From Marsupella aquatica (taxonomy: Eukaryota; Plantae; Marchantiophyta), in NCBI GenBank assembly GCA_973895155.1, contig OZ316895.1, positions 4,451,659 through 4,515,658 of the forward strand: a stretch of 64,000 nt of DNA. Reading direction: 5' to 3'. The first letter of the stretch is position 1; each line of letters opens with the position of its first letter. The notes beneath the pieces were generated by a model. The model was not told the origin of the DNA. It worked only from the letters and a program-made list of their open reading frames with translations, and ran no database searches. Position numbers and translations under genes: made by a program. Positions 1 through 12,588 of this stretch are shown here, piece after piece.

Positions 1-131
1 ATATGTTTTAAATTGTGGATATGCTAGAGGGGATGCTAGAGAAGCAGGTAAGCTACACTTCCATCAAAGTGACAGTGAATGACCGTTTCATCATACAATG
101 GGGAGGGTAAATTGCATTATTTAGCTAAATT

Positions 132-273
132 TGTTGAGGAATGATGCGGGAAATGATAATGAGATTCCTCTCTATAGAATGAATGGGTGCATCTCTATAT
201 ATAGTCTCCGTCCGAGTTATCCTATACGGTAACTATGGTTAAGGTAACCATGGAGTCTAGTTAGGGTATAACA
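132..273 (-). repeat. 3' LTR (142 bp)
   Basis: TGTTGAGG...GTATAACA, identical to 3712-3853 and followed by CTCCCCCTT (PPT reverse complement). Confidence 0.95.
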
Positions 274-282
274 CTCCCCCTT
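274..282 (-). other. Polypurine tract
   Basis: The minus strand reads AAGGGGGAG immediately before the 3' LTR. Confidence 0.85.
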
Positions 283-1859
283 GGCTATATAGTGATAACT
301 ATGTAGACAAAAAGTCTTCTAACTAGATTATCATGCTTATAAACATGGCATGATTTGAGTACAAATGAGGAAGGTACTGCCTCGTTAAAACCTTTAACAG
401 CTCTAAAAAACTCTATGAGGGTAACAGAGAAAAATAAAATATCTCGGCTCTAAAGGAAAAAGAGTACAGCCCTGTCGGTCCTCAAGTGAATCCGGTGGTA
501 TGTGGAGTTAACAGTAACAACTCCACTCCGTCAAAATGAACAAGTTGTCATTCGCTCAACGACTCAACAACAACGCGACATGTCTCCAAATCGCTCACCA
601 TCGCGCATACATCCGCACATACATCCTCGCATCGAACACAAATTAAAACATATATGAAAAAAATGATTAGTAATTAAGTTATTATCATAAAATCACTTGT
701 CCGTGGCTCATCTGCGCAAAGTGTAAAGTATAATAATAAATAATGTCATCTCGTGCAACTGAGTGCGTAAAGTATGGGATGTAAAAAGTCCGAAAAATAT
801 GATCTCCCCCTCAAAACAAGGTTTCGAGGAATATATTATTCTCGTAAAACTCAAATATCGAAACTCTCCCTTAGAGTTCAAGGACTCCTAATTAGATTCT
901 TAAATAGAGGGTTCTTGTGCAAAATGCACAATTCGCAAGCGTGTGTAGTCGACACACAAAGAAATCTCTCAATCTTAGATTTCAAAAACATGTAGTATCA
1001 AATAGTTTTTATATGAAAAATAATCTGCAGCACCAAAGGTGTGCATTCACAACACCAGCGGGTGTGTGTATAATATGGCACGTCTGCCCTGCACGTCTGC
1101 AGTTCTCATATTTTGACAAAAAGTGTTAAGTCAATATAACTTCACAAATAACCCTGTGGAATCCAAACATTCAGTCGAACGTCCATGTGTGTCATAGCAC
1201 AGAAAAATGCTAGCTCAAAATGATTCGCTATCTTGCGGAGGTAAAGTGATATTCATAAACGTCAAACAACTCCGCATAAAAATAGTTTAGAGCTAGTGAT
1301 AGTCAAAAGATCCCATTTAATGACCAAGTACCAAAATGTACTCGTAGTGGGTAAATCAAGTGTGATTGGGGTTTGAGAAAATAAACTTTCTCCCCCTAAA
1401 TATGCATTTTATGCATATATTATAGTTGGAAGCTAGAAGTAAGTTAGACAGGACAAAGTTATGGGGTTTGCCCATATTAACCCCTCATTACTCATTCTGA
1501 TTTGAGTTTACTTTGGGTTTCTAAATATTCGAAGTTAAACCCCTAAAGGGTTATTGATTATCCGCTTTTGGATATGGCCGGAAACTAAGGTTATGGAACT
1601 AACCTGAAGTACTGTACCTTAGATTATTCTGGATCTTTTGTGAGAAACATATCTGCCATCGATCACTGGATCTCAGAAAATCTATACCTTACCAAAATAC
1701 CTCAAAAACTAGGTCATAGAGCATGGTTAAAGGTATGGTATTAGTTCCATACTTAAAAACTATCATCCCACCGAACAATGGCTATAAAAGCTCTTGTTGG
1801 GGTTGTTTATGGTGTAAAGACCATGAGGATAAGACCCTTAAGTAAGATATTGTCCTAAT

Positions 1860-2300
1860 GTAGGGTGTAAATGGGTGTAAACCCATGTCAATTGGTGTAA
1901 AAGTTGTAAATGGTCAATTTACACACAAAAAGTGTATGGACCAAAGTTTACTCCCCCTGATGGTGTAAATTGGTGTAAACCAGTGTAAATGCTATAAGCA
2001 AGTGTAATCTGGTGTAACCAGTGTAAACAAGTATAAACCCAATGTAAAGCATGGGATTATACAATGGTAAGACATACACCAGTGTAAACTGGTGTCATGA
2101 GGTATAATCTAGGATGGTATCATTAGGTGTAAACTAGGGATGTAAAATGGTGTAAAAACCATTTTGTGATTGAAATGGGTGTAATAACCACTTTGTAAAT
2201 GGAAAGTAGAGGTATTTGGTATAAAACCATTATTTCCAATGTGCAAAGTCAAGTAAGGGTGGTATGACATGTAAATATGTCAAATGCATGTAAAGCATGT
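1860..2300. repeat. Degenerate (G)GTGTAAA-rich short tandem repeats inside the LTR element
   Basis: Many copies of gtgtaaa/tgtaaa/gtataa at irregular short spacing. Confidence 0.7.
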
Positions 2301-3691
2301 GTTGCACATGTAAGGCATGTTAATGTATGCAAATTCAACAAGTGACATGTAATTTCCCTAAACCAGTTGATGTGTTTACATTTGTAAACTGTGTAAATTG
2401 CTGTGTAAATTTGCAATGTGCACTTATCATTTTCCATTTCATGTGTTTATCCATAAGTGCAAAACATCCGTTGTCAACAAGATTTTCTTTGTTAATATGT
2501 GCATATATGGATAGTTTTTCAAAAATGAAGATTTTGCACTGAAACACATGGGATTCTCTTGTCTTTGGATAAGTGCACCCAAGCATTTGTATTTCAGAAA
2601 CTCTTTACTATACTGTGCATTTAATGAGGGTTGCACTTATCTGGTGTTCGAGTTTTTCTCGAGGATTTTGAGATCGAATGTTGCATGTTTAAGTCACTCA
2701 TGTGTGTCTCTTGAAATCTCACTTGTCGCTTTGGCTCATTCTTTTGATTGCGATCATCTTCTCAGGCTCATTCTTGGACAAGCACAACATTCCATATTTA
2801 GGATTCAGAAAATGCTATCAGATCTAGACCCCACAACGATGACTCGTTTCTTTCGCTGGATGCCATCTCCCATATGTTCATAACCAAAGCCAAGATGTTC
2901 TTCCTCCACAACATTTGCTTCTATCTTCTCCAATTTGATACGACTGTATCAAATGGCTCTTATTGGAATCTTCATTGAATCAGCAAACGACCAATTCAAC
3001 ATCCATGTTTGGCCTCTTGTGATGCCTATACTTCACTCGATCGTGTGTAATGGGCATTTCCTTTCATCCTTTATGGCTCGCAGATCGACCAACAAGAAAC
3101 TGTCAGCGGTTGAGAAACGTTGTGAAATTCAGGGAAAGAGAAGGCGCCTGCGTTCATCCCTTATGAGGTTAGGGTTTTGAAAATTTTTCTTATGATCCCG
3201 ATCGGGTCTTGATTTGCTCTCGATCCACCCGGCTTCATTCAAGGCTGTCTCTGTTTGGCTTCTGGTCTCTGCTCTTCTCTTTCTACCTCTTGTTAAGGTT
3301 GTCAACTCATCACCTCGAGTGATTTAGGTTGATCTGGCCTGGTTGGGTAGAAGGAAGCAGCGCGGCTGAACTCGATCTCTCTTTTGATTTACTCCATTCT
3401 ATTCATCATTGCCTTGAATACTGCTTTCCCACACGATCTTCAGAATCACCCTTCAAAACAAAATTTCTTTTGATCATATCACAGCCTTCATAAGCTTGCT
3501 CTCGGCGCGACCTCAATGCTACATCCTGTCGTTGCTTCAACGTGACTCATGTTCTCTTGGTGGTTCAAACTACTAGCCTTCTCACTCCCAATTCAATTCT
3601 CCTCCATAACTTGGAAATCCTTAAGAGAACATTCATTCATCATAGCCATAGGGAAATTCCTAAAAAAAAATCATGATCAAGCTCAGCTGGT

Positions 3692-3711
3692 CTAGAGTCA
3701 TGTTGATAACG
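3692..3711 (-). other. Primer binding site, Bianca-type (tRNA-Ile anticodon-arm half-molecule priming)
   Basis: The minus strand reads CGTTATCAACATGACTCTAG directly after the 5' LTR. It resembles the Bianca PBS CGTTATCAGCACGA (2 mismatches), which is complementary to the anticodon arm of tRNA-Ile(AAU). Confidence 0.7.
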
Positions 3712-3853
3712 TGTTGAGGAATGATGCGGGAAATGATAATGAGATTCCTCTCTATAGAATGAATGGGTGCATCTCTATATATAGTCTCCGTCCGAGTTAT
3801 CCTATACGGTAACTATGGTTAAGGTAACCATGGAGTCTAGTTAGGGTATAACA
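3712..3853 (-). repeat. 5' LTR (142 bp)
   Basis: Identical to 132-273. Confidence 0.95.
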
Positions 3854-3859
3854 AAATTT

Positions 3860-4100
3860 TCATTGTGTCAATATGAAATACTTGGGCTTGTGTTTTTTTA
3901 TGACTATTCTAACTCTATATGCCTTGCAGGTGTGAAACCTTCAAAAGTATTTGAGGCTTGTGTTTTTTAATGTCTCCTCCTACTACAGATTATTTTAGGA
4001 TTCATAATCATCAAGTCATGGGGCCCAAACTGTCACGGACCACCAAAATGTGGTCCATAGGAACATTGTGTCTAACAGGTGGTCCATCATGGCTTCAGTT
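3860..4100 (-). repeat. Dispersed repeat with diverged opposite-orientation copies at ~45760-45950 and ~54920-55170
   Basis: Shared motifs such as ggaccaccaaaatgtg / cacatttggtggtccatgggag and ttcataatcatcaag / ttgatgattatga. The LTR element is inserted at its edge. Confidence 0.6.
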
Positions 4101-4796
4101 TCCATAATGAGATAATTATCTAAATATTTTTTTACTTTGAAACAATACAAGTGAGCCTGGGCTAGGGGTGACTTTCTGTAAACATCACTTCTCCATCACT
4201 TTGCCCATAACCTCCTCCAAACTTAGCGTAACATTCACACATATATATTAGCAATACTAGCTATTAGTGATGGGAATTCCAAAAATGATGCTTATTACAA
4301 GATTTTTCCCAGAAACTAGCATATTCAAAATTTTCTCGAGCTTTTTTCTAGTTCACCTTACTAGGACATTCTCTGGTTTTCTTTCTAGCATACCTTATTA
4401 TGAACCTTTCCATTTCTAGTACACCTTACTAGGACATTCTCTGGTTTTCTTTCTAGCACACCTTATTACAAACCTTTCCCAGATTTTTCACACTTGTGGC
4501 AGAGCTAGCAGGAAGGTTATTAGGCAAAGTGTTTCATTGAGATGGAATGCGAGACATCAAGAATTGAAAACTTGAGAGAGAAGAAGATCACGTCATGGAA
4601 TAACTTATGGCTTGCTAGGCTATAAGGGATGTATGATGAGATGCATAATGAATTCCTTTCCCTGACCATGGAGATAACCTAGACGGGTTGAATCATTGTG
4701 TCAATGTCAATTGCTTCATTAGATGGTTCCTTGTGATATCCTGCTATGTAGTACTACCTCAATAATAACCCTCACATCCAAGCATTAAACCTTATC

Positions 4797-5077
4797 TCAC
4801 ATACTATATCACGGCAAATATTTCCCAAATCACATGGTATTTTGGCACAAAAACCTTGGTAGTCTCTGTTTTCTGCTCTTGTGAATCTCACATCCAAACA
4901 TTATGTTTTATCACATGTGCTTTTTTAGCCTGAGCCTAATAACTCGGCAAATATTTCCCAAATCACCAGGTATTTGGCCCAAAAACCTTGGTAGTCTCTA
5001 ATTTTTTGACTGGTATTTGTCCTTGCCAAATGTCACAGAGTATGACAGAGAACTATTTGCCGTGATATAGTATGTGA
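4797..5077. mobile_element. MITE-like element with a 24-bp perfect inverted repeat
   Basis: TCACATACTATATCACGGCAAATA (4797-4820) pairs with TATTTGCCGTGATATAGTATGTGA (5054-5077). There is an internal duplication of cggcaaatatttcccaaatcac...aaaaaccttggtagtctct. No clear TSD. Confidence 0.6.
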
Positions 5078-5989
5078 CTTCACAGAAGTTCTGTGTCATA
5101 ATCTGTGAAGTTTGGCAAGGAAATATACTTGGAAGGAAAGAATGACAGAACTATTGTTTCTCAAGAGCCTTCACTACAACAGCTTAGGAATAAACTTGTT
5201 CTTTTCTGTTTCTTCAAATTAAACTATTGTATTAGTAGATTTGTGGCACATGCACAACCCACACCCTAAACCCCAGTGAGAGAAGGACCTCAAGCTTAGA
5301 CCTGCTGGTTCCAATCCTCTGACCACCTGACCACCAATTTACCCTAGTGGCACCCAAGTTCACACTGCTATGCACAAGGAGACAGATGTCAAACGAGCTT
5401 TTTCTGACTAAATCACATTTTGTAGCTAGAAAACATTTTACACACTGATAAGTCAGTGTTTAAATCAAAATGCTTAGAATATTCACACCATACACTATGA
5501 GCCCAACCTGACCCCTTCACCTATGCCTTCTCAACATGGGCATCATTGGAAACCAAATTTCCACCTTAGGATCATGTATCTTTGATGAAAAGAATATCCA
5601 CACAACCATCAATAAGAGATTGACCACCAAATCCACATACTCATGGACAGCATTCAGGTATCGACAACCCTGTGAGATGTTGTGATAAGAGTTCTACTGC
5701 TCTGCTTCTCCCCGTTGTTTGAACGTTAGCAGACTGACATTTACAACGAAACTGGAAATTGGGAGTCTGACTTGGATATACAATTCCTACAATGGACTGT
5801 CACGATACAGTGCCCGAAGCGTTATTTATTAACAGCTGACCATAAACATTTACAACAAAACATGGATTGTACTAGCTGTAGTCGATAACTGTAACAAAGG
5901 AGAGTTGAGTCTGTCACCAGTCTCATTGCTCTAGAGTTTTGGGGAATCATTGCTTGCATCTGAGTCTTTCTTTACATTTTCTACAGGTC

Positions 5990-6420
5990 ACGTCGTGCAA
6001 TACAAGAAAGGGCACTTGACAAGTACGCAAAATCCCGAACAACTCTGGATGTTGATTATAAATACGAATGTGAGCCGCAACATAAAAGCAATAGTACTTG
6101 GTGTTGTTGGAGACCGTGCTGCAATTAGGCATTCCACAGCCACCGCAGCAGTGTTCCAAGCTGTTGAAGCGATTTCCAAAGGTGTTGTTTCCATTCTTGA
6201 GTTCGCCCTTCAAGACGAAAGGAAACAACTGGGGGCATCTACCACTGAGGCTGAACCACTCCAATTGCACCAATCCATGTGGATGGGATTGTTATAACTG
6301 CAAGCAAAGTTGATGGGAGCAAGGTCAAGTTCCCATGCCTAATAGTTACAGGGATTGTCATGGCTGGAGCAGCTGATGGTGCTGAGCCAAGGTCTTCTGC
6401 AATATAAGCGTATTAGCCAC
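5990..6420 (-). pseudogene. Decayed coding remnant, possibly At4g24610/PTHR31110-family-like and a continuation of the upstream gene
   Basis: Minus-strand fragments GSAPSAAP ... W.....DAPSCFLSS*R...ME...LE ... GLQQHQVLL loosely follow the family motif PSAPP...W....YDAC..LCL.AW...ME...LE....GLQQ.LL. They are broken by stops and frameshifts. Confidence 0.3.
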
Positions 6421-6464
6421 CCATCTCCATCATTATTATCTGTGCTAGTAACGGATGTGACTGC

Positions 6465-8414
6465 TCAGTTTGACGAATGAAGGCTCAGATTTGAAAGATG
6501 CTCCCGTACTTGAGAGGGATGGCTCGGTGCCGCTCTCACTTCATTGTCATATCCATTTTCGGTACTGTCAGCTTTGACAAGACTTTCAGGAACTTGCATA
6601 TCTCGATCTGAGACGCTTGATAAATCAGCATATAAAGAGTCAGGAACACTTCGTTCGGAAGAAGTCGATGATGATCCTGCATCCAAACGTGAAGAGATGA
6701 GACTATATCCATGAATAACCAGTCTCTGGTTCAAGTGACGTTCGTCTGCTTGGCATGTAGTTCCTAAAATTCTTTTCCAAAGCTACAGGCTATTTCAAGA
6801 TCAAGAATAGATCATTCAGCAATATGCAATATACAAGGACAGTATTGAGCTTACTTTCAAGATGAGGGTTACCAGATGAAAGGGCTCCATCAGTATGAGA
6901 GGTGGCTCTTGGAGGTTTTCTGCCGTTGATGTAATCTTCATAGTCCGTTGGAACACCTCCAGACGCACGTTCATCACTATTCAGTTTGTAAGGACCCAAG
7001 ACGTCCAGTGAAGTTGGACGTCCTTCGCTCAAACCCAGCCCTCCTATCGTCTTCTGGGTTGAAGTCCAGCTGCCACCAGACACTAGATAACAACAAAACA
7101 TGAAATAAGTAACTGCAACCTCCGCCTAATGTCCTTCACCACCTTAGATTCCGTTATCCAGACTTCTGAACAATGTTACTGCTAAAACTCTCTATAGGCG
7201 ACAAACCGAAGTGCCATAACCAGTCCTCAAATCATCCTAACCGGTCTGAGGAGGGAAAGCCAAGAGAACGAAGGAAGAAGAACAGGATTGAAATAATGGA
7301 CAGCGTGTCTAATACTCATCTCCCGGTCAGAACACAACACAAAGGACACAGAATGTGCATAACAACTTTATTGCTCTTCAATGCTCAGTGCACATCCTGT
7401 CAAACTTCAAGTAAACTTAGAAACAGCAGAGATTTCAAGAGACAGTTCCTCGTCAAAGGTGCAAAGCCAAACCCAGCCCATTGCGACATGTACCTGAAGA
7501 ATGCAACGTATCCATGGAGAGAGTTGAAGATTGGGACTTTGGGCTAGGGATACCATCGTCGTCATAAGCTCCTGCGGCCAACTACATCACACAAAACAAA
7601 ATCACTCAGAACGACAAAAGTTTTTAGGGGAATTTCTACGTCAGACATCATGTCCCGGCAGGAGGCATGCCGAAGAGCCTCCTGTTTGATGTTCAAACTA
7701 AAGCCGATACTTTCGCAGATGGAAGGATATACAGAGAAGCACGCCACAAAGGAATGCACTGCTCACAATCTGTAGGTTCTACCCCAAGCAATATCCTTGA
7801 AAGATAATGCAGAAAAATCTTGTTAGAGGACGATGCGGTGCCTGGAGATTGGCGAACATGAGAGGTCTGTGGCCCTTGGCCAGAAACAACCCGTATTGTC
7901 AAGTAACTCCATTCGACTCAGCGTGCATTCGACTGGCACCTTATACGGGTGGAAGAAGAGGGGCATGGGCTGGTTTGCGACCTACTTGCACGTGCATTGT
8001 ACTTATGTAAAATGGCTCCAGTACTGCTACATAATTGGGCATATTGCCCATCTAGAAACAAACTCGGGGCCAGTTCTCCTCAATGCAAAAAAAGCGACCT
8101 GCACTAAGCATCTAACCCATCAGTTAGCCCACAGTAATAATAAGCAAGGGTCTCAAAAATACCTCAGAGGTGAATGCATCTTCCCTGGAGGAATCATAGG
8201 GCAAATCTTCGACGTTAATGGACTGAAGGTCCGTCCCGGGCGCAGTTTCTTCGGAAATGGTGCGCGGCCCAACCTGATGACTAACCCCTGGACTCGCATG
8301 ATCGTCAACCGGATGCCTAAAATGAGCAGCCCTGTGACCTCCATGTCGCAAATGCTCCTTCACTCTGTGGAACGGGTTCTCGTGGACCCTGCTGCCGTTC
8401 TCGTTCTCTGCCAT
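6465..8414 (-). CDS. Spliced Ser-rich uncharacterised protein (3' end uncertain)
   Basis: Phase-compatible GT-AG exons at 8163-8414 (MAENENGS...AFTSE), 7494-7581 (LAAGAYDDDG...) and 6855-7082 (VSGGSWT...PHLE). The next exon, near 6465-6783, has an ambiguous acceptor and frame. Confidence 0.5.
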
Positions 8415-9283
8415 TGTAAACTAAATTTCCCCTGCCACTGCTGCTAAGACAACGAGTTTAGGTTGTTGGTAAAATAGGAAGATTTCCAGATCTATCAACA
8501 AGTTTCGTACGGACAATTCTAACCCTTACAGCCGACAACTTAAAAGCTAATGCACCTTTCAATCCGCAAATTTAATGCTTCACAGGATAAGGGCGTCAGC
8601 CATCACCTAAACGAAGTAATCCGTACAACAGATCTCTGCGAAATCAGCGAAGGCAGTGTTTCCTGCAGTGCAAAGTGAACCAGAGTATGAATGTCCCGAG
8701 CTCCTTTGCCAGTTGAACCACAAAAGAACACCCAAATGCAACAAGATCTTTTCAAACCGAGATCTGCAGGCACCCACTATCAAATCTGAAAACCCATGCG
8801 ACCACTACAACATGACGACTAATTGGCGAAATCAGTGAATCGGGTCACTTAACTCCGAGGAACTTCTTTTTCTCTCACCGAGCCAAGTTTTTGATCCGTC
8901 ATCACTTCATCATCATTCTACAGGACGTTAATGACAAGAACTTGAAAGTGCATAGAAAAACCTGCTCAAGACCCACCTGTACAACAAATTGCAGCAGCTC
9001 GATCTTGAAATTTGCCTCCTGGAATATCGGACGAAGTTCGGTACAGTAGTATGATTGTGAGCTGCTTCCCTTCCTCCTCGTCACTCACTATAGTCGTGTG
9101 CGTACAGCCGATTTTTCGGAGCTTCGCATCACTCTTAGCAGCGTCCCGGAAATTCGTTCCCGTTCACTTTCGGAACTGGTACACTACTAGTACACCAGTG
9201 CCCAAGATGTGACGATTTAGCCCAAAAAATTAAAAAATTATTGAAAACAGCTGCCTGATGATTACTTGAACGAAAATAAACAT

Positions 9284-9572
9284 GATTATCCTTTCAGAGA
9301 TGGGGGCAAAGATTACCAAAATAGGGGGCCCTCCTTCCAGATTTACTCAAGGAAAAACCTGCCACTGCCAATATTGTCACAAGTGAAGCCCATCGACAGT
9401 AATTGGGCAAGTGCAGACTTGGCTGGATTATCCTTTCAGAGATTGGGGCAAAGATTACACAAAATAGGGGGCCCTCCTTCCAGATTTACTCAAGCAAAAA
9501 ACCTGCCACCACCAAATATTGCTACACGTGAAACCCATCGACAGTAATTGGGCAAGTGCAAACTGGGCTGGA
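9284..9572. repeat. Tandem duplication, ~142-bp unit x2
   Basis: gattatcctttcagaga...aattgggcaagtgca...ggctgga begins at 9284 and at 9426. Confidence 0.85.
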
Positions 9573-11934
9573 CAGCAGTCGATCTCAATGGAGGGTCTGC
9601 AAGTGCAAGCAACTCTGCAAGTAGGAGCACATATGGGGCAGGGGCTACTATCTACTGTATCCTGAACTCTTATCTAGAAATGGGTTTACACAATATTTGC
9701 ACAGGGCAGTTATATATATATATCAGTTAAAGGTTTGCCCAATTCGTTGTGCCAAATAAATGCACTACAAAGTGCAAATGAAAATCTGGGGAGTCGGTGC
9801 TTTAAGATCACACAAACTCAGACTGAATGGAGTCTTCACCTCCCAACTCCCAGGTACCAATGTAACTACAGGTGGGTACCAGGCAGCGGACTTTTTAAGT
9901 GCAAAATTTAGCCAAATTCCACCTCCCCGAAAAATGTTTCGCTGGATTTTTTTAACACCAGTAGCCAAAATCTCACGGCCTCCTTAAATCTAGGGATATC
10001 TGATAGTCATAATTTACTTCAGTAAAATTGGATAGAGAAAATTCCTAAGAATCTCCTCCTTTAGAGAAGCAAACATTCCCCCCTCTAGCTAAAAATAAAA
10101 ATTCTTAAAAAAAAACGCTGGTACCAGATACCACAGTCTCCTATCTCCCACATTGTTTAGCCAGAATTTGTATACATTTATGAAAAATAACTGACCATGG
10201 TTACCCTACACGGGGATACACACGGTATCCCGAACCTACTATTGGAGTTCACTTTCTTCAGAAAACAGCTCCTTGTCAAAGTTGCAGTTAGTGGGTGGTC
10301 CTCAGCTATTTTGATAGCTGTTGATGGTACCTTGTCGTAGAGTCTAGAGTTGTCTCACATAGCAATCATCCTAGAAACACTACCCTAATTTCTCTCTTGG
10401 CACATGTGAAAGTGACCAGGTTGTTAGGCATAGATAGTGCAGGTCCGGCAGAGGCTATAAAGGCACGCAGAAAGAGTGATTGCAAAATATCTGTCCTTGA
10501 GAGTTCTAGCCTTCAAAACTTAAAAAGACAAAGATTATGGTAAAAATTCTTGTGGCTAAAGTGTCAAGTGTTTAATGTTAACAAAATTTAATATCGTACC
10601 CTAAAGTATCAAACAATTGATCTTAGTAGCATGTAAACTCATGGTTAATTTAGTGTATTTTTATGATACCACTTATGATCTTGACCTTGAAAAAAACCCC
10701 ATTTATAAAACGAGTATTCTATAAATATCTGTATTGAATTTTAAATGAACTATTTACTTCACAAAAGTTTGCAATGAGGAATATCTCTATTTTTGTGTCA
10801 AAAGTGTCCTGTATTTCTCACTGCTTTATGAAACATTGGTCAAACCAGTTTGAAAATACATATTTTGGATCAAATATGGTATCTGTTTGGAATTTACATG
10901 CTTGGGTCAACTACAAAAAACTGCAGGCACCACGTGCAATACCCATATGTTATTATTGTTTTAATTATTTTTGGTAAAAGCAGTGGAGACGTTTGATAGT
11001 GTAAGTAGCATATAAACTGATAAGTACATGGAAAACCTGCATTTCGGGATAACAGGTAGCCTATGGGACAGGAGGTGAATTTTTGTGGGGCCCGCACATG
11101 CAATATACCTATTATAATGTCTTCTGAAGCACAACTTTGTCCCTTGTGACTAGCCTTTGAAGAGGAGTCGATGATCCTCACTTTCAACAAGTACGTAGTT
11201 AGGTCTGAGTGAAAGAACTCATGATGTTGTTTTTGTTATCTTCATGCCCTTTGAGATGTTTCTTTTGTTTTCATGTTCGAATTCTTGGTGCTTTTAGGGA
11301 CAAGAATACATAGTCCAGATTGGAATGGGCATTTTGAACGTCTCCTTTACTTTTAAAAATAGTAACAACGTGTAACCTCTCAGGCCTCAACTGTATGAAT
11401 GTGCTATTAAAAGGATATTATGGGCAACGAGCCCTATGCCAGTGCACTGTGCAAAGAGGGCCAGTCCATAGGGAGTCGGGCCGGGACATTTATATGACAT
11501 ATGTGCTACTGTCTTCCCCTGAACACAACACCCGGGCGTTGTGTTCGAATATTACATTTTTCGACCCCTAAAAGTAAAAAGTGATATTTATTCGAACACA
11601 GCGTCCAATTAACACAGCGCCCGGGCGCTGTGTTCGAGTGTGGCGTTGTGTTTTAAGTTTGCCCAGCTTTGACATTGTGTTAGAATTTTGCACATACTTT
11701 TGAAGTTGGCGTTGTGTGAGACCTTTGGTAGGTAGTGTACACTTCAAATTGAAAAACGAAGCAGGCAGTCCACAATATTTGCAGAATGTAGCAACAATAT
11801 ATCGAGCAAAAGCTCATAACACATAGTCCACTCCTTTATTTCCTTCTCAATGTGCAAACGCACCAAGTTACAAATAAGATCGAAAGTGGATCTGTCTCTG
11901 ACTAAAGTCTACAAATCTGTGAATCCTACTCTGA

Positions 11935-12588
11935 CTATTCTCGCTCAAATCGGTTCATCAGATTTGTGATAGGCTTTCCATTCGGCAATAGGACAGAGAT
12001 CCTCTTGGCTCTCTTGGCTGGCTTTGGTGGCGGGGAGAACTCAGTGAAGCTATCCATAAGTGACAACTCGAAATCCTCGATCGGTACTGCTTTCCCCACA
12101 CAAAGGCTTGAAGATATCCAATCAAAGCTCACGAACTTGATTCTCCCACTCGAATGATAAAAGTCCACACATCCCCAATCATACTTCACCAAAACAGTCT
12201 GCCAATTCTTGGCAATCACATGTGTAGTGATTGGACTAATCCGGTAACAGATAGAACCTCCGCATTTGACAAACCGTTTCTTCAATATGTCAAATCGGCC
12301 AGGGCTAAATTTGTCAGGAATCAACAGAGCATACATGCCCTCGAAAGTGCCTCTTGTCCTTTCAAATGCACGAGCCAGTGCATCCATCTCAGCTTCGGGA
12401 TCCATCTCAACATTCGGCTCCACCTTACTGTTTGCCTCGTTCTGAATCTCAGTGCTTGCAACCAACAAGTCGATGGTAACCTCAAAGTCTGCCGCAACAT
12501 CAATATGTGCATTCTCAGCATGCTCTGCCATCGCCACCAGCAAGCAGTGGAAAGAAGTGAAAAACCAGCGAAATGACTCTCCTTGCAA
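11935..12588 (-). CDS. Stand-alone BRCT-domain protein (DNA polymerase lambda-type BRCT), transposon cargo
   Basis: Uninterrupted 217-codon ORF (probable ATG start MAEHAEN). GTFEGMYALL...RFDILKKRFVKCGGSI....SPITTHVIA...VSFDWISSSL..GK.VP.EDF is a typical BRCT pattern resembling the plant Pol lambda N-terminus. It has an acidic N-terminus and a basic NLS-like KPAKRAKR. Confidence 0.75.
   Translation of the reverse strand: MQGESFRWFFTSFHCLLVAMAEHAENAHIDVAADFEVTIDLLVASTEIQNEANSKVEPNVEMDPEAEMDALARAFERTRGTFEGMYALLIPDKFSPGRFDILKKRFVKCGGSICYRISPITTHVIAKNWQTVLVKYDWGCVDFYHSSGRIKFVSFDWISSSLCVGKAVPIEDFELSLMDSFTEFSPPPKPAKRAKRISVLLPNGKPITNLMNRFERE

Larger units (their letters stand above)
132..3853 (-). 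mobile_element. Non-autonomous Ty1/Copia (Bianca-like) LTR retrotransposon
   Basis: Identical 142-bp LTRs (TG...CA) at 132-273 and 3712-3853, with a 5-bp TSD AAATT at 127-131 and 3854-3858. The minus strand has a PBS next to the right LTR and a PPT next to the left LTR. No gag/pol ORF is recognisable in the 3.4-kb interior. Motifs near 377-468 (TGCCTCGTTAAAACCTT...GGAAAAAGAGTACA) resemble Bianca 3' regions. Confidence 0.93.

Noticed and set aside
5950-6297. Plus-strand ORF with a VLGVVGDRAA stretch resembling a hAT/DUF659 motif
   Set aside because: A single weak motif, with no other hAT features or TIRs.
7833-8447. 204-aa plus-strand ORF
   Set aside because: It overlaps the better-supported minus-strand exon and has no recognisable motif.
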